In this document: piece after piece, positions 61,661 to 64,000 of the stretch | How the letters are laid out: each line of letters starts with the position of its first letter | Numbering within the stretch: the stretch's first letter is position 1 | Assembly (NCBI GenBank): GCA_003023405.1 | Contig: PXST01000010.1 | Coordinates: 6,931-70,930, forward strand | Reading direction: 5' to 3' | DNA: 64,000 nucleotides | From: Halobacteriales archaeon SW_8_68_21 | GTDB taxonomy: Archaea > Halobacteriota > Halobacteria > Halobacteriales > Haloferacaceae | Made by a program: the position numbers and the translations under genes | The notes under the pieces: model-generated | What the model saw: only the letters and a program-made list of their open reading frames with translations | What the model was told of the DNA's origin: nothing | Databases searched by the model: none

Positions 61661-63226
61661 ATGATCAGCGTTACCGAGCATCGAGAAGCGTTCCTCGCGG
61701 CGGCGGCCGGCGCGGCCGGAGTCGCCGGCTCGTACCTCGTCACGGGGTGGACGCCGTCGTTCGTCGTTCGGCCGATCGACCAGACCATCGTCAACCTGAC
61801 GCCCGGCCCGATCGTGACGACGGCGATCGAGACCCTCGGCGACGCGGGACACCTGATCCACATCGCCATGGCGCTCGCGGTCGCGACCGGGCTGTTCGGC
61901 GCGGTCGCGTTCGGGGGCCTCCGGATCGCCGCACGTACCGGGCGGCGGGCCGCCGGCGTCGCCGCCGCCGGCGTCGGGTCGTGGCTGCTCGCCGCGGGAC
62001 TGACTGGTTTCTCGGGGGCGTTGGGCGCTGCCGTCCCCGCGGCGGCCGTCGTCGGGATCGGGTGGACTGCTCCGACGACCGGCCGCACGGCGGACGGCTC
62101 CGCGCCTCGGGTTTCGACCGGTTCCGCCACCGCGAGCGCAGACGAGCCGTCCGAGGGGACGAGCGATCCGGGCGGCGGCGTCGACGGCGTCCGACGCCGG
62201 ACGCTCGGCGTCCTCGCCGGCACGCTGGGGTTCGTCGCCGCGACGGTCGTCGGCCGGCGATCGGTCGTGGGGGGCGACGAGCCGCTGCCCGACGCGCCGC
62301 GGTCCGAGGGCGCGACCGCGCGGCTTCGGGAGCTGGAGACGGCGTCACTGTCGGTCGAGAGCGACGACCTCCACGGGATGGTGAGTCCGATCGGCGAGTT
62401 CTATAACGTCGACATTGCGGAGTTCGACCCGGAGGTCACCGCGGCAGAGTGGTCGCTGACGTTCACCGGCGAGACGGGATCCGACCGGACGGTCGATTTC
62501 GACGAACTGATCGACCGCCCAGTCGAACACCGGGCGATAACGCTCCGCTGCGTCGGCGAGGACCTGAACGGACCGAAGCTGGACAACGCCGTCTGGACGG
62601 GAACCCCGATCCGGCCGCTACTGGAGTCCGTCGACCCGCGGGGCGAGTGTAACTGCGCGATGCTGCGCGGCGAAGACGGGTACTACGTCCAGTTCCCGGT
62701 CGACGTGCTCGCCGAGGGGTTCCTCGCGTGGGGGATGAACGGGAAGGAACTACCGACCGGCCACGGCCACCCGGTCCGGGTGCTGATCCCGGGCCACTGG
62801 GGCGAGACGAACGTGAAGTGGCTCTCCGAGATCGAGCTGTTGAACGTCGAGGACGACGGCTACTGGGAGGAGCGCGGCTGGGAGGGGACCGGCGAGGTGA
62901 ACACCGTCGCCAAGCTCTGGGACGAGGGGATCACGGAGCTGAGCGACGGCCGGATCGAACTCGCTGGCCACGCCTACGCGGGGACCCGCGGGATCGACCG
63001 GGTCGAGGTGTCGACCGACGGCGGCGACACGTGGACAGACGCCGACCTCTCCGAGCCGCTCCCCGACGCCGACATCTGGCGGCAGTGGCGACACGCCTTC
63101 GACCCGGACGGCGGCCGCGAGGTCGTCGTCCGCGCGGTCGACGGCGAGGGCACCCTCCAGACCGAAGCGCCGACGGGGTCGGTCCCGAGCGGTGCGGCGG
63201 GGTGGGTGCGCCGGACGGTCGGCTGA
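61661..63226 (+). CDS. Membrane-anchored sulfite-oxidase-family molybdopterin oxidoreductase
   Basis: N-terminal TM helices and internal RRRTLG, then FYNVD, TLRCVG (Mo-ligand Cys), NAVWTG, MNGKELPTGHGHPVRVLIPG..G..NVKWL, GYWEERGW and a C-terminal Ig-like domain (VEVSTDGG.TW). Confidence 0.9.
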   Translation: MISVTEHREAFLAAAAGAAGVAGSYLVTGWTPSFVVRPIDQTIVNLTPGPIVTTAIETLGDAGHLIHIAMALAVATGLFGAVAFGGLRIAARTGRRAAGVAAAGVGSWLLAAGLTGFSGALGAAVPAAAVVGIGWTAPTTGRTADGSAPRVSTGSATASADEPSEGTSDPGGGVDGVRRRTLGVLAGTLGFVAATVVGRRSVVGGDEPLPDAPRSEGATARLRELETASLSVESDDLHGMVSPIGEFYNVDIAEFDPEVTAAEWSLTFTGETGSDRTVDFDELIDRPVEHRAITLRCVGEDLNGPKLDNAVWTGTPIRPLLESVDPRGECNCAMLRGEDGYYVQFPVDVLAEGFLAWGMNGKELPTGHGHPVRVLIPGHWGETNVKWLSEIELLNVEDDGYWEERGWEGTGEVNTVAKLWDEGITELSDGRIELAGHAYAGTRGIDRVEVSTDGGDTWTDADLSEPLPDADIWRQWRHAFDPDGGREVVVRAVDGEGTLQTEAPTGSVPSGAAGWVRRTVG

Positions 63227-63314
63227 CGCTGCCGTCTCCGTCGCGCGGTCGAACGGATCGCCCCTTCGGGGTCGAAAGGATTTTCGCAGCCTACCAGACA
63301 CAACAGTACGCCAA

Positions 63315-63596
63315 ATGGAGAAGGCCCTGTGGTACCTGTTCGTCGCGAGTCGCGGGGGGGCAAACAGGGTCCGAATCGTCCGGGAACTCCGCGACCGCCC
63401 CCGGAACGCGAACGAACTCGCGGAGGCACTGGATGTCGACTACAACACGATCACGCACCACCTCGAGATGTTGAAAGAACACGACGTCGTCGAACCGAGC
63501 GACCACGACTACGGGAAGCTCTACTTCCTGACCGACCGCTTCGAGCGCCACGGCGACACGTTCGAGGAGATCACCTCGGGGGTGGACGCCGAATGA
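63315..63596 (+). CDS. ArsR-family HTH regulator
   Basis: MEKALWYLFVASRGGANRVRI...NANELAEALDVDYNTITHHL..L; ATG at 63315. Confidence 0.87.
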   Translation: MEKALWYLFVASRGGANRVRIVRELRDRPRNANELAEALDVDYNTITHHLEMLKEHDVVEPSDHDYGKLYFLTDRFERHGDTFEEITSGVDAE

Positions 63597-63892
63597 ACCC
63601 GGCGACGCCGACCGGGATCGCCATGCTGATCGCGGGCGTCAACAGCGCGCTGTTGGCGGTGCTTGCGGCGGTGTGGTTCGACAACTACCGCGAGTTCGGG
63701 TCGACGCTTTTGTTGGGGCTGTTGGGTTTTTGTGCCGTCCTGCTCGTCGAGAACCTGATCTCCATCGCCTTCTTTTTCAACAGCATGCGGACGCTGTACG
63801 CGATGGACCCGGTCGTGGGACGGGTCGTACTCGGGATGAGCCTGCTCGAACTGCTCGCCGTCTCGCTTCTGACCTACGCGACGCTGAAGTGA
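63593..63892 (+). CDS. Small three-TM membrane protein, translationally coupled to the HTH gene
   Basis: ATGA overlap at 63593; MNPATPTG...NYREFGS.LLLGL..F...LLVEN. Confidence 0.8.
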   Translation: MNPATPTGIAMLIAGVNSALLAVLAAVWFDNYREFGSTLLLGLLGFCAVLLVENLISIAFFFNSMRTLYAMDPVVGRVVLGMSLLELLAVSLLTYATLK

Positions 63893-63938
63893 CGGACTGG
63901 CGGGTCGTCGCAGCCGTCGGTGCGGCGGCCAGAACGGC

Positions 63939-64000
63939 TCACGAGAGCTGATCGCCGACCGTCTGGTCCGCTTCGGCGAGGAACGCGTCGCGTTCGCCGA
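63939..64000 (-). CDS. 3' end of an unidentified gene truncated by the window edge
   Basis: Minus-strand frame ...GERDAFLAEADQTVGDQLS* with host-like codons. Confidence 0.4.
   Translation of the reverse strand, partial: GERDAFLAEADQTVGDQLS

Noticed and set aside
62492-62527. Possible self-targeting: 18-nt match of spacer 22121-22156 to the Mo-enzyme gene
   Set aside because: The seed is mismatched, the flank is ACG rather than TTC, and the match spans very common codons (D-E-L-I-D). No convincing self-target was seen in the window, though the manual search was not exhaustive.
25886-63474. Long Arg/Pro/Ala-rich or antisense ORFs (for example 25886-27379, 32547-34154, 37145-39268, 60638-61861)
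   Set aside because: These are shadow frames of real genes in high-GC DNA and lack the acidic haloarchaeal composition.

Overview
High-GC haloarchaeal chromosomal window, Halorubrum-like judging by acidic proteins, codon usage and gene content. From left to right it contains: (1) a partial AlaX editing gene and dodecin; (2) a complete, compositionally atypical type I-B CRISPR-Cas island (cas6-cas8b-cas7-cas5-cas3-cas4-cas1-cas2, a leader, and a ~14.8 kb array of about 227 repeats and 226 spacers by manual count); (3) core genes, including IscA/HesB, a phnCDE-type ABC transporter with a HAD phosphatase, hisD, crtB, pncA/pncB around a surface zincin, RNase P RNA and htpX; (4) an archaellum/chemotaxis cluster (arlJIHGF, arlCDE, cheDCY, two archaellins, an HTH regulator and a KaiC-like ATPase); (5) an operon encoding a Met-rich spondin lipoprotein, a sulfite-oxidase-family molybdoenzyme and an HTH regulator. 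The most notable observations are: a dispersed hairpin element with covarying stems and tandem GA motifs, followed by a 57-bp tandem array; a candidate archaeal Met-decoy/MsrP-like oxidant-defence module; array-internal evidence for a TTC PAM and for repeated acquisition from variant targets; a positionally conserved TATCA-N4-TGATA-like motif in motility promoters; and several short frameshifting deletions, which may be real decay or assembly artefacts. All family assignments come from motif recognition, not database searches.
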